Shown: positions 1 through 12,714 of the stretch, piece by piece
Position numbering within the stretch: position 1 is the stretch's first letter
How the letters are laid out: each line of letters starts with the position of its first letter
Source of the DNA: Eledone cirrhosa
Taxonomy: Eukaryota
Assembly (NCBI GenBank): GCA_964016885.1
Contig: OZ024746.1
Coordinates: forward strand, 54,374,001-54,438,000
DNA length: 64,000 bases
Direction: 5' to 3'
The notes under the pieces: generated by a model
Told to the model about the DNA's origin: nothing
Seen by the model: the letters and a program-made list of their open reading frames with translations, nothing else
Databases searched by the model: none
Program-made: the position numbers and the translations under genes

Positions 1-3000
1 CAACCAGGAAGATAGGTCCGTGGCACCCATACCCACGCCACGGAAATCAAAAACAGCAGCAGCAGTGGCAGTATTAACATCAACGACAGAAATACCAACT
101 GCAGCTGCAACAGAAACTCCACTGCAAACATCACCAACAACAACAAGTGAAAGAGTGGAGCTGGTACCACTTCTCGACCTCACAGAATCGGACATGTAAT
201 GTGAGGTGGGAAAGGGATGGCGAAAGGTCGCAAGAAGGCACAAACGCAGAAGCAGCGCATCGTCGCCTTCGAAAAGGGAGGAAAGAAACGAAAAAAGGGT
301 AAAGGCTACTGCAAAGAGACTTACAGCAGCAACACCACCAACACCATCACCACCCACACTAGCACCATCATCACCACCGGCGGCAACCTCACCGCCTACA
401 ACAACAACACCTTCAACACCACCACCACCACAAGCACCAACATCGCAAACATTAAAACGAAATTCCCCAACGCAGTTGGTGATTTCAGAGACCTAGGAGG
501 GACACTCAACCGGAGAGTATATTCGGATATACTCACAGAAGAGCCGACGACCTGCCGAAGGGACGATTCAACGGTCCCTTCACCAGACGATCAAGTGAAA
601 AGGGATAGAGAAACCATCCTTCCTCTGCGAGAAGTAAGATAAGTGGTCTTTCCCATCTTTTCCACTCCATTTCAACATGACCTCACTCAGAATAGGCAGC
701 ATAAATGCGCGTGGCTTGGGGTCGTCATGGAAGCAAGGCCACCTGCTCAACGACCTCAGGTCACTAAACATAGATGTAGTGGCCATCAGCGAGACCAGAA
801 TCTCCGAAGCACGGGCCTTCGCACCGATCTGTACGCTACGATGTGTACGCATCTCCCAGCCGTCCTGGATCGGGGGGAGGAGTTGCTGTGCTTTTTCGGA
901 GAGGTTTGGATCTCGCCATACGGGTCATCTTCCTAGACCCAGAAGGTAAGTTGGTGGTGCTGGACGTGACCAGCGGAGAAGGGCAAGCTTTCAGGCTAGT
1001 GGTCGCCTATACCCCGATAGGAGCAGGGCGGCCTGATTTCTCCGGCGTCTGGTGATCTTTCTTGGAACGTCCCGCTCTTTAGTGTTAGTTGGCGACTGAA
1101 ACGGGATCTTATATGTACGCTGGGACTGTGTGGGATTAGCGGATAGGGGAGGAGGGTGCAAGAGCCTCACCAACCTGCTCAGGCGTTTCGAACTGTCTGA
1201 CAGGTACCGATTGGATTTCCCGAATGTGCCAATGTGGACTTGGACAAATCGCATAGGGCCATCCAGATCATATCTAGATACAGTAGTTTGTAGGGAAATA
1301 GATAGGTCTAGCATAGGCTGTCCACAATTCAAGATTGTCAGCTACACTGACCACAAATTCGTGATCTGTGTCCTTGACTTAGATATGATTCATAGACGAG
1401 GACCCGGCTATTGGAAGCTAAACGCGTCCTTACCAGCGCGCAAGGCCTACAGAGACCGGATTAGCGATCTAGTTAAGCGGGCGTTGACTGGGGCCATCGT
1501 CAACAACAAGTGGTGGTTTGCTCTGAAAAGAACGATTAGAATAGAGTCCATTAGGTTTAGTAAGGCTTTAGCAATAGAGAAAAATAGAGCAGAGGGAGAA
1601 CAAGTTAACATATTAGACGAGGCGCTTAGCAAAGGCATCGCGACCGACGTACTTGCGGCGAAATTGGCCCTTGACCAATTCTTCAATGCAAAGCACGAAG
1701 GCAGCGTTGTCAGAGCTAGGGTGCGTGCTCTCAGACACGAGGGGACGAAAGCTGTACAATGGGCCCTAGTGGCGGAGGCGCGTCGTGGCAACAAAGACAC
1801 GATCCGGTCTTTGGTGGACCACGACGGGCGCATGCTACTCGATCCCGGGCAAATGTGTAAAGTTTCAAGCGACACTTCGCCCAGCTGCTCGGGGGCAGCG
1901 GCGGGGCGAATCGAGGGATGGACTTTAGTGTCTACCTCGACGAACTGCCGCGGCTCTCGGCCACTGAGGCGGAGTGTTGCGAAAAGCCGATAACAGCCGC
2001 TGAAGTACTGGAGGCAATGACTGGCTGCACAAGGGGTAAATCGCCTGGTTTGTATGGTCTGCTCTATGAACTTTACGTACAGATGCCAGACTTGTTCGGA
2101 GGCCTCTTGGCGGACGTCTACTGCAACTGGCAACAGAACGGGAGAATTCCCAGCTCTGTGAGCCGAGGAGCTGTGACGCTGTGGAGAAAGGATCCGAACA
2201 AGGGGGATAACATAGACAATTTCAGGCCCATAACTCTGCTAAACACAGAGTTCAAGATTTTGGCTAAGGTGCTAGCAAAGAGGTTGGCGCTTGTCGTTGG
2301 TGGTCTGGTGGGAGAGGCGTAGACATGCGCCATTCCCGACAGATCCATCCACGACAACCTCCACCTCATGCAATACATCGTAGAGAGCGTAGCTAGGGAA
2401 CCTGGCACGGGTGGGTCCTTGATCAATTTAGATCAGTCAAAAGCTTTCGATAGGGTCGACCATCGTTTCCTAGCAGCAGTCCTGAGGGCGGCTGGCTTTG
2501 AGCCCGTCTTCAGAGGCTGGACTGCTGCCATGCACAGCGAGATCTGTTCTGTGGTGAGAGTGAACGGTCACCTTTCGGAACCGTTCAACATCATGCGCTC
2601 GGTCCGCCCAGGATGTCCCCTATCGTCCCTCTTGTACGTATTGACTCTCGAGCCATTACTGCACAAACTGGAGACGTTGAGGGGGGTCCCGCGCGAAATA
2701 GGATACGGAAGATCCGAGTGAGCATATGCGGACGATGTCACCGTAGTGGTGTCGAATACCAAACACACCGAGGCCATCGGCACTACACTAAGAGAATACG
2801 AAGCGGTGACAGGAGCAATGATCAACCAGGAAAAGTCAGTGGGCCTGCAGCTCGGCACCTGGAGTGGCAGGTCCATGCCGTCTAACAGCGTCGTCGGGCG
2901 CTGGATGGACGGAACGATTAAATTTCTAGGGGTCTGGTTCGGTCCGGACCTCCAGACGGACAAAAACAGGGACGAGGTGACGAGCAGGTTGGCTTCTCTC

Positions 3001-4272
3001 ACCCAGAAATGGGCGGAGAGGAAGCTATCCCTGAATGGCCGAGCGAAGGTGGCTAACGCGTACATCGCGTCCGTCATCTACTACCGCCTGACCGTCGTAC
3101 CTTGTCCTAAGCCCAGCTTGACTGCGCTGGAGCGTTTGCTCTTTCATTTTTGTGTAAGGGACGCGCTCCGATGATCAGGCGGTCCATCTGCTGTCAACAC
3201 CCGCTACGTGGAGGGCTGGGCATGCCGTGGCTGATGAGGCGCAGACACACCCTCAGGCTACGACATCTCCACCTCTTCCTCGACGGTGATCAGGTGTGGT
3301 CGCTGTTTGCTAGACACGTCTTTCCCCAGCTCGTCTCCTTGACGGAGCTGCAGTCCTGGGTCAAGCGAAGACCGAGAGGGACCGTTTGGAGACTGGAATG
3401 TCTTCAGACGCTCACAGCCCTCGACCAATCGGGCAATGTGATCGGTGGAAACTCGACCTTGTCGTTCTATAGAGGATTAGTCGAGGTGAAGAGCGACGTC
3501 GTACTTGGAGAAACTCTAGGCGTCGACGAAAATCAACTAGCCAACCTCTTCGGAAGGACTTTCGCGCCGGGGCCTATGGACAACTTCCAGAAATTCCTGG
3601 CCTGGCAGTGCTACCGAGGAGCTTTGCCAGTTCGTGATAAACTCTACAGGCATGGAGGTGCCGTCAGCCGGGCATGTCCGAGATGCGCGCAGGGCGACGA
3701 AACCGTCCTGCACGCACTCGTCCAGTGTCCGAGCATTGCAGACTTGTGGGTTTATGTCGAACACCTGCTGTCACGTGTAGGACGGATCCGGCTATCAGCT
3801 GATTCCATCGTGAGTATTGCCCCGCTCTATTCCTTTAGCCAGGAAGGGCAGGCAGTTTTTATCTGTCTGGTGGCCATGGCGAAAGAGATAGTATTGTGGA
3901 CACGTTTGAAAGGGCTGAAGACGAGCACTTACCTTTCGGTGATGCCCTGATTAACTTTTTAAAATTTCATTTGAAAAGTAAAATCAGGGTAGAGAGGGAA
4001 GTGCTCTCTTCCCAGCATTTTGTTGAAAGATGGGTGAGAGAAGCAAGAATGGCCCGATGAGTACGTATCTGTAAATTAAAGGTGGAAAACTGGGAGAGGG
4101 CACTTGCCCTGGTGGTCAGGGTCACTGTGGCCTTTCTCCACAAATGTTCCTCGGAAGTCTCCATCCTATTGGGGAATTTATTACATCCTCTGTTTTTTTT
4201 ACACGCATAAATGCCCATTTGTACTGTCCTTAATGTCTACTTTATGTAAACCTTTGTGGTTAATAAAAAAAG

Positions 4273-4322
<50 letters not shown>
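1..4322 (+). mobile_element. Tx1/L1-clade LINE, copy 1 (5' part outside the window; decayed)
   Basis: ORF1 3' remnant to 642, ORF2 from ATG 677, 3' UTR with AATAAA at ~4262 and (TTA)n tail ~4274-4322; homologous to the copy at 36922-42984. Confidence 0.93.
677..4075 (+). pseudogene. Tx1-type ORF2 (APE endonuclease, RT, CCHC), multiply frameshifted
   Basis: SINARGL, VAISET, SYTDHK, GPGYWKLN (APE); KSPG, FRPITLLN, LDQSKAFDRVDH, GCPLS, AYADD (RT); CPRC..ETVLHALVQC. Confidence 0.92.
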
Positions 4323-4440
4323 GCTTTGCCTTTCATCCTTACGGGGTCGATAAAATAAAGTACCAGTAATACAATGGACTTTCGTCTTCCCTTTAAATTG
4401 CTGGCCTTGTGCCTAAAGTAGAAACAGTTATTATTATTAT
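4323..4440 (+). mobile_element. tRNA-derived SINE family 1, 3' fragment
   Basis: Body motif ctttgcctttcatccttacggggtcgataaaataaagtaccag and end ttgtgcctaaagtagaaac-(tta)n. Confidence 0.85.
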
Positions 4441-4445
4441 CATCA

Positions 4446-4640
4446 AGGGCGATGGATTTTCAATATCGGTAGAGGGTCGGACGCAATGCTTTGACGCAAA
4501 GATTTACGGCCCTTTATGGTCTGAGTTCAAGTCACGCCGAGGTTAACTTTGCCTTTCATCCTTACCGGGTCGATGAAATAAAGTACCAGTAATGCACTGG
4601 GATAATTGCTGGCCTTGTGCCAAAAGTAGAAATAATTACT
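4446..4640 (+). mobile_element. tRNA-derived SINE family 1
   Basis: B-box-like gagttcaagtc, shared body and 3' end; many copies in the window. Confidence 0.88.
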
Positions 4641-4974
4641 ATCATCATTGTGTTTTACCTTTTCATTTAGTTTTGTTTCCATTTCTTGTCGTGTGTCTTC
4701 CCGATACTTAGGCTAGAGAAACTCACGTTATATATTGACATGCCACATAATAACCACACCAGATTGTTAACATCGCTCATTTTACACAGTTACAAGTATA
4801 TCATTTACTTTATTTATGTACATATCTGTTTAAAATCTTATTTATACAAGAGAAGGATCCTAGAAGCGTGCTCAATTAATTACAACTTACATAATTATGG
4901 AATATAATCTAATAAACTAAAGTTAAATAAATATATAGATGATTATCTTTCTCACAAAGACAGTGCTCTTCTCC

Positions 4975-5562
4975 ATACCAGTTAAAACATATTTTTTGCC
5001 CTTCTTGCAGTGATGGCAATCTTTGGATCATTCAAAAATAATTTTCTATTACATTTTTTATCATTCGTAGTGCTTCTGTAATGCTGGTATTGTAACTACC
5101 TTGAGATGCCACATTTTCTTCAATTTCTATCAACAAGACTATATTTTCTGAGCTTGTCAAATACTTTTGCCGTAATATTTGTTTCTACTTTTGGCACAAG
5201 GCCAGCAATTACCCCAGTATATTACTGGTACTTTATTTTATCGACCCCGTAAGGATGAAAGGCAAAGTTAACCTCGGCGGGATTTGAACTCAGAATGGCA
5301 AGGGTCGTATCTCTTTGTTGCAAAGCATGGCGTCCGACCCTCTACCGATACTTCCAATCCACCATTAACTTTTGCCGTAATATTGTAATCCCATGAGATG
5401 TTCATATCAAACAATAAACAGCGTTGTTATTTTGTTATTTTACAATAATATCCGATGTGTTAGCTTTAATGGTTCTGTCTTTATGTACTGGAAAGTCTCC
5501 AAGAATGGTTACATATTCTTTCTAAGTGACAACCTCACTTTTCAGCAGTTTGATTTTATACT
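4975..5562 (-). mobile_element. Old R4/Dong-like LINE, 3' part (REL domain), interrupted by a SINE and the RTE
   Basis: Minus-strand translation VTILGDFPVHKDRTIKANTSDIIVK...NITAKVFDKLRKY...IEKMWHLKVVTIP matches the REL region of the element at 43311-45443. Confidence 0.75.
5180..5367 (-). mobile_element. SINE family 1 with 17-bp TSD
   Basis: TSD acttttgccgtaatatt at 5163-5179 and 5368-5384. Confidence 0.92.
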
Positions 5563-5573
5563 CAGACTCAGAC

Positions 5574-7069
5574 TCAGAAGTTCCCGCGTCTCGCGACGCA
5601 TGAGGCAATCATGGTGTTCCATCGCGGTCGATCAGCAGCCAGTTGCACAGCGTCCCGCCATTGTCTGTTTGTCGCTCGCAGGTCCCTCTCAACTCTCTGG
5701 CGCCAGTTCATATTGGATCGCCCTCTCCGTCTGCTTCCCTGCGGGCTCCATTTAAGTACTTGGTTCGCCTGTCTCTCCGGGGGAAGTCTCAAAGTGTGTC
5801 CAAACCAGCCCAGGCGCCGCTTGCAGATGGTAAAAGAGACTAGCTGCTGGTTGGTGCGGTTCCTGACTTCCTGGTTTGTTACATGATCACTCCATTTAAT
5901 CCCCAGGATCTTTCGCAGACACCTGGAATCGAATGCGTCCAACTTCTTCTCTTTGCTGCTCTTAAGGTGCCATGTTTCACTTCCGTACAAGAGTGTGGAC
6001 AGCACGTTGCTGTTGTAGAATCTCATCTTTGTTTTGAGGGTGAACTTCTTGCTCTTCCAGATCTTGTCAAGCTGGTTAAATGCTGCTGAAGCCTTTCCCA
6101 TTCTACATTGCAGTTCACTGTCCATGGTGCCCTCATTGTTAATGGAGCTTCCTAGGTAGGTGAAGTTGTCCACTATCTCCACCTCCCCCTGTTCAATGAA
6201 GACACTAGTTGGTGATGGGTGTGTCCCAGATAACATGCTTTTGGTCTTCTTGGCACTGATATTGAGACCTAGCCTTACTGCTTCGACATTGATAATGTTC
6301 ACAATGATTTGCAGGTCAGCTGTGCTCTCTGCAAGTGCAGCAATATCGTCCACTAAGTCCAGGTCAGACAACTTTTGCTCTCCCACCCAATATATACCCT
6401 GGTCTTTAGACGCTCTTCTTAGTACCCAGTCAATGGCTATGGCAAAGAGAATTGGAGAGAGCGAGCAAACTTGACGCACGCCAGTAACCACCGCAAACCA
6501 GTCACTGTAACCATCTTCTGTCCGTATGCAGCACTTGGAGTTTGCGTAAATCTGTTTGATTGCCGAAATGACTTTCTGGGACAGACCATACTCATGCATG
6601 ATGCTCCAGAGTGACGGTCGATGAATGCTATCGAATGCATTGGAGAAATTGATGAAGCTGATGGCGAGGGGCCTCTGGAATTCGTTGTACCTCTCAATGA
6701 TGCGGCGTAGCGTAAAGATCCGCTCTGCACAGGAACGTTTTGGTCGGAACCCTGCCTGGTGTTCTCGCAGTTCCCGGTCTCCCATGCCACATATGCGGTT
6801 CAGGATCACCAGACAATAAACCTTCCCTGGTATGGAGAGAAGTGTCACTCCCTCCAGTTGTCACAATCGGCAAGGTTGCCCTTCATGGGGATACAGACAA
6901 CCGCTCCGTTTCTCCAGTCTTCTGGGACTTCACCCGTGTTCCACTCAAGATTACATAAGTGGCCCATCCACTTGACCATGCTTTCGCCTCCTGACTTCAG
7001 CATTTCGGCAGAAATGCCAACCATACCTGGTGACTTGTTATTCTTAAGGGTTTTGATGGCCATGCGGAC
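5574..7069 (-). pseudogene. RTE ORF, RT and C-terminal half
   Basis: QAGFRPKRSC, NAFDSIHR, GVRQVCSLSPILF, DLVDDI, FTYLGS, LLYGSETW, RRLGWFGH; frameshift near 6845. Confidence 0.92.
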
Positions 7070-7073
7070 ATAG

Positions 7074-7281
7074 GGGGCATAGGGGGTTTGGGCAGGGGTA
7101 GTACCCTTGATGGTTGACAGCTGCACCCTAACTGGTAGGGTGGTCAGTCATCACCGGCTCCCACCCATCCCCTAAATCTCTCACGCGTGGCTCCAAGCGC
7201 CATGCCCCAGTACACCGCTTCAGCTGGTGGACTGAACCACAGGAGGCGGTGGTGTTGACACGGCACCACTAGGCGTATGAG
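7074..7281 (+). ncRNA. Predicted HDV-like self-cleaving ribozyme at the RTE 5' end
   Basis: P1 ggggcat 7074-80/atgcccc 7202-08; P2 ctcacgcgt 7180-88/gcgtatgag 7273-81; P3 ggc/gcc around L3 tccaagc; J4/2 ctag 7269-72; structured J1/2 and P4. Confidence 0.75.
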
Positions 7282-7434
7282 CTTCAACAAAGAACCCACT
7301 GGTTAAAGCAGAAGAAAATCCCCCCTCGGCACCGGTCCAGGACTGAAGGCGACCCACACCATATTCCGTGGCCATCGGTTTGCAATTCTACCAGAGACTA
7401 CTCCATTTACTGTCTCTTTACTAAATGTCAGTGG

Positions 7435-9030
7435 TTGGGCTTCATGTCAGCGACCTGTTCCCGGAAAAACTCTCCTGCTACGAAAACAATTCATACTGCA
7501 TCAGATTCAAATTCCAAGCAGTCAGGAGAATGGTTGTCTCTAACCGGAGATTGTGTGACGGGTGTCGGCGAAAGTCTCGATGAGGAAGCCGTCATCCTGA
7601 GGACCAGAATTTTGTCTGCAAAAACAACCACACGTATTGGATATTGGAACATAAGAACTCTGTACCAACAATTCAAACTTGCGCAAGTTATCGGAGAAAT
7701 GGAGGCCTACAAAATTAACATCCTGGGCCTCAGCGAGGTCCGCTGGACTGACTCTGGGAAGTTTGTCCATGAAAACAAGACCATCCTGTTCTCAGGCCGT
7801 CGAACGGGACCCACCGAGATGGAGTTGCAATCATCATGGACAGGGCTGTCAGTAGTGCCTTTGAAGAGTGGACTCCTATCAACGAACGCCTAATGACAGC
7901 AAGATTCACCACATCACATGCAAAGGTCACCATAGCTCAGTACTATGCCCCAACCAACGAACATAACGACGATGACAAGGACGCTTTCTACCAGCAACTA
8001 CAAGATGTTGTCAACAAAACCCCACGTCATGACATCCTGATCATCATGGGAGACATGAACGCACAGATCGGGGGAAGCAGGGTTAGCTTTGAACATGTCC
8101 TTGGCCCCCATGCTTATGGAAACCGCACGGACAACTGGGACAGGTTTGTCCAGTTCTGTGCCATGAACAATATGAAAATCGGCTCGTCACTATTTGACCA
8201 CAAGAACATCCACAAGGTCACATGGGCTTCGAACGACCACAGGACCAAGACGAAAATAGACCACATTGCAATTGGCCCAAGTTGGAGAACTCCTTGCCTG
8301 CAGGACGTCCGAGTCTACCGAGGCGCAGATGTCTGCAGACCACTATCTGTCTGTTACCAAACTTAAAATCAGACTGAGGAAGCAGAATAAGAAAGCACCC
8401 ACTACAAGGCGTTTTGACACTACCAAGCTGAAGAACGGTGACACAGAAGCACAGTTCGAGGCTGCTTTGAGGAACAGATTTGCTGCCCTTGAGGAGTCTG
8501 CACCAGGCTCGGTCAATTGGTGGGAGGAAATGAAGAAGACCATGGAAGCTGCAGGGGAAGAAATCCTGGGCTACAGGAAATCCCTCAGAGAAGCTTGGGT
8601 CAGCGACAACACCTGGCAGCTGATTAATGAAAGGAAAGCTCTACAACAGCAGAGGCATGCCACTACCCCAGATGCCATCAAAGTATATCAGCAGTATGTT
8701 GAGAAGGACAAGGAGGTGAAACGCAGCGCTCAAAAGGACAAACGAATGTGGCTTGAGAGTAAGGCAGAGGAGGCAGAAGCAGCTGCGGCACGCAATGACC
8801 TGCGCTCTGTGTACTAAATTGCCAAGAAAATCATCGGCAGCTCTAGAGCTAACTCAGGCCCGGTGAAAGCGAAATATGATACACTGCTTTCCAAGGGTGA
8901 AGAAAAGTTAGTCAGATGAGCTGAACATTTCAAGGAAGTCCTCAACCGACCGTAGCCACGTATGCCAGCAGACACTAGGGAACCTACTAGTTTGTTACCT
9001 ATCAATACTGATGACTTCACCGAGAAAGAT
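7435..9030 (+). pseudogene. RTE ORF, N-terminal half (APE endonuclease), frameshifted
   Basis: RIGYWNIRTL, LGLSEVRW, QYYAPTN, IMGDMNA, KIDHIAI, RVYRGAD, ADHYL. Confidence 0.92.
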
Positions 9031-9038
9031 TTTATACT

Positions 9039-9800
9039 GCTGACATTTTAACCAGTTATATATTGGTCAACTTTGTCATGCCTTGATTTATACACAACTG
9101 GTACTAAAACTTTTTCATCTTGAGTTTAAGTGGTCCACTGTTTCAATCACATTATTGTACAATCTGCACTTTGGATCTATTCCATTTCTTATGACAGCTT
9201 GATAGTTACGAGTTAACGAACTTTGATCTTGGGCTGCTAAGATGAAGCCTTCACTCTCTGATTTTAGCTCTGATGGGTGTGCTTCTGGTCAATATCAGCT
9301 TGTTGACCACGGGCCCCATATTTGCATTGCAAACGTTTCTGATCCTTCCTCAACGTCTATAGCTCATGCCCTTGTTTTAAACCATTAATTTTACTTGCTT
9401 TGCAACAACAGTTGCAACAGTTTCCTCAGTCTGCCCAATCTATATATTAGTCATTATATCAGTAGAAAATGTTTTGCCTTCTTTCAAGATCGAATGAAAC
9501 TTCTTACTCATCTCATGTTTTTCGCCGAGTTTCAGTATTCAGTCATTTGTTGCTCCAAGATATTTGGCCAGTCCAATTGCCGTGCCTTTGTTTTACAGTT
9601 CAAATTGGATCTCGACTGTGCCTCCTTGAGTTCCGGGAAGGTAAAGACGATCTACATCTCCGTTTGGGTGGTGCATCTTATTACAAGTCAGCAACGTACG
9701 AAGTTTTGTGCCAATTCTCTTTAATTCAATGATATTCTAGTCCAATACTTTGAATTACACCTCGTTATGTGCATTAACTCAGATGTCATAACTGCTCGTT
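9039..9800 (-). mobile_element. Old R4/Dong-like LINE, upstream part (continuation of 4975-5562)
   Basis: Minus-strand PNGDVDRLYLPGTQGG (~9625-9670) matches the [16 protein letters not shown] motif of 43317-45086. Confidence 0.68.
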
Positions 9801-9913
9801 CTCTCCTATAACATTCCTTCCTTATTCTTTTATTTTATGCTTGCATGCTGAGTACCGGAGCCTTCATTTATATCTAGGTGTTTATAGATTTGTTCTTATT
9901 ATTTTCAGCTCTT

Positions 9914-10140
9914 AGAGCGGTGGATTGTCAGTATCGATTAAGGGTCGGACGCATGCTTAGCAGCATAGAGTTATGTTCTGGCACTTTATATTCTGAGTTC
10001 AAATCCCGCCAAGGTTAACTTTGCCTTTCATCCTTACGGGGTCGATAAAATAAAGTACCAGTCATGCACTGGGGTCGATTTAATCGACTTTCACCTCCCC
10101 CAAATTGCTGGCCTTGTGCCTGTATGAGAAACTATTATTT
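9914..10140 (+). mobile_element. SINE family 1 (long variant with gtcgatttaatcgac hairpin)
   Basis: gagttcaaatcc B box, shared body and 3' end. Confidence 0.88.
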
Positions 10141-11176
10141 TTAGCTTCTACTCTAACTTCCCTTTGTTTCTCATCCAAAGTTCCCTTAAAATATTAGTAA
10201 TCTGAAATACTTTTACCTCAGTTAACTAACCTTTCCTTCTAATCATCTTCAGTTAATTCATTAGTTTACTTTCTGACATCGAAAACGTCTTTTCTATCCA
10301 AAATATAAAGTATCTCGCTCTATTCAACGGTTTCCTTCCTGTTTTGCTTTTTCATGGCAATCAATGAGTGTAGCGTACTCTCTCTCTCTTCGTCGACTTG
10401 TATGTAGCTGCGCGCAGTTTCTTTTGATGAGCACCCATGGCCAGATCACTTATCCGGTTAAATTGACTTTATCTTCTACTGCCTGGCGGGTCTGAACAAG
10501 GATTTAAACCGTACTTTCATGCAATGTACAAAACGGCAATGTTATTTTAAGAGAGAATATTATTCGAAGTGTATTTGCTTAAGATACTCTCTCAGTGATA
10601 ATGTTATTCAGCCCAAACCTCGATAACAGCTGGAATTATTTTGATTCTGTTATGTGATGTTGATCACATTCATGCAATTTCGAACTTGAAGTGTGTATAT
10701 GTTTCCCTATTATTTCAAGTTCATGTTATGGCCTCATGGAATGGGAAGATGAATAATCTATGCTTGGCACCAGTGACGTCGCAAATCATTTCTACAGTAA
10801 ACTGGAGCGTTGGACTTACAATCGTGAATATTAGAGTTCAATTTCTGGACCTGTAGATGCATTGTGTCCTTGAGTAAAACACATTTACCAAGCTGTATCG
10901 GTCACTGCCTTTCTCTTCCACAACATCTGGTAGAACTGAACTTATGGTGGCTTCTGAAATGTGTGGCAGCCTTCTAGATGTAAGAAAAATGCTAAGAGCA
11001 AACTTGAAACAGTTATATGTATATAGCTATGCTGGAACTAAAATATCTCAATCGACTTTCAATCAGAGACAGCTTACACATGTCCACATGCACATGAGGT
11101 TAATTAACCCAGTACAAAGGCGAAAAATACTATATATTTTCGCTTGTTCCTAGTTCCAGCAGAGATCAGAGGAAGC

Positions 11177-11219
11177 ACTTTCCTGATGATGGCCAGAGTC
11201 TGAAATGTACATCGAAAGT
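11177..11219 (+). ncRNA. Minimal type I hammerhead ribozyme motif (family D)
   Basis: actttc-CTGATGA-tggccagagtct-GAAA-tgtaca-TC-gaaagt; lies between ~30-bp direct repeats at 11013 and 11351. Confidence 0.7.
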
Positions 11220-11474
11220 TGTCCATCACTGCTTCTGCTGAAATCCCCTAGACGGTGCTAACTATCAGCCTTTCAATTTTCATAACTAGAAGTCTTTCCA
11301 TGTTTATTTATTAAACATACCATATCATTAGATATACGAAATTCACATACTTATATGTATACAGCTATGTCGGAACTAAAATCATAATTCTATAATTAAA
11401 TAATTCTTTCTAATTACACCTTGTCTTTTTTCCCTAACATATTGATATATATATATATATGTATATATACATAC

Positions 11475-11549
<75 letters not shown>

Positions 11550-11875
11550 AGGGTGTGTGTGTGTGTGTGTGCGTGTTTGAGTGTGTGTGTGTTATCTAAG
11601 AATGCTTAAGAAGTATATTTTTCGACCCAGTAGAACACTGACAATAAGGACATGAGAATCGGTGGAAGGGGGAGAATCATTGAGTTTAAATATCGTCATC
11701 GTTCTTTGCCTACTTCCTTCTAATGAACATATAGTATCTGCTCTCCTCCAATTCATGTTTATTTTCGAAGATGTCGCGTCCAAGTAGTAGTTGTCTCCTC
11801 CGGAACAGACAGATTCATTGGAAATATCAATATTATGATAGATTTTTCTGATATATTAACTATAGGGATATTTAT

Positions 11876-12065
11876 AATTGCTTCTATTTTCGGCACACGC
11901 CCAACACATTTTGGGAGGGGAAAGTCGATTAAATCGACCCCATTACATTACTGGTGCTTTATTTTATTCACCCCATAAGGATTAAAGGCAAAGCTAACCT
12001 CGGCCGGATTTGAAATCAGACCGCAGAGCAACGGAGCGAATACAGCAAAGCATTCTATCCGACAC
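11876..12065 (-). mobile_element. SINE family 1, diverged
   Basis: Reverse complement of the family body. Confidence 0.8.
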
Positions 12066-12335
12066 TAATATCGCAATCAGTTCCTGATTTACCATTGTCC
12101 TTAGGTGTGATTAAGGACAGGGCCCCTTTGGCGAGCGGGTTCCATCGTCCTGCCAAAAACATTTTTTACGATGAATTCTCCCAATATTTGGGGACTCATA
12201 ACTTAAATAGCACAGGGCCTCATTTGTCCTAAATCCGGCACTGATCGCAATACATGAGTCCTATTTAATATATGACGTTTGTATCTTTGTTGCCTGGTTT
12301 TCAGCTTTCCCAGAATACAACGGCTTATTCGCCGT

Positions 12336-12393
<58 letters not shown>

Positions 12394-12714
12394 GAATTAA
12401 AAAGAACAGAAAGATGCAGTAAAAGAGATTTATTCGGTTCTTACGTACGTTTCAATAGACATCAATTTACCTAGATCTCGCTACATCTATAATATTATAT
12501 ATTTAGTAGAGCATTCGATATCCAATGCACAATCAATCCCATATCATCAGAGATTATGTTTTCAAAACATAATCTCTGATGATATGGGAACGATTGTTCT
12601 ACTAAATATATAATATTATAGATGTAGCGAGATCTAGGCAAATTGATGTCTATTGAAACGTACGTAAGAACCGAATAAATCTCTTTTACTGCATCTTTCT
12701 GTTCTTTTTAATTC
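12394..12714. mobile_element. Fold-back element next to (TA)n with an HHR-like motif on each arm (family I)
   Basis: ~150-bp arms around a centre at ~12563; tct-CTGATGA-(long stem II)-GAAA-cgtacg-TA-aga at 12573-12669 (+) and 12439-12553 (-). Confidence 0.7.

Larger units (their letters stand above)
5563..9030. mobile_element. Full-length RTE-clade LINE with 5' inversion (3' half minus strand 5563-7071; 5' half plus strand 7073-9030)
   Basis: TSD gattttatact at 5552-5562 and 9028-9038; (CTGAGT)3 tail directly after the stop; halves join in frame DDFTEKD|VRMAIKTLKNNKSPG. Confidence 0.95.
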
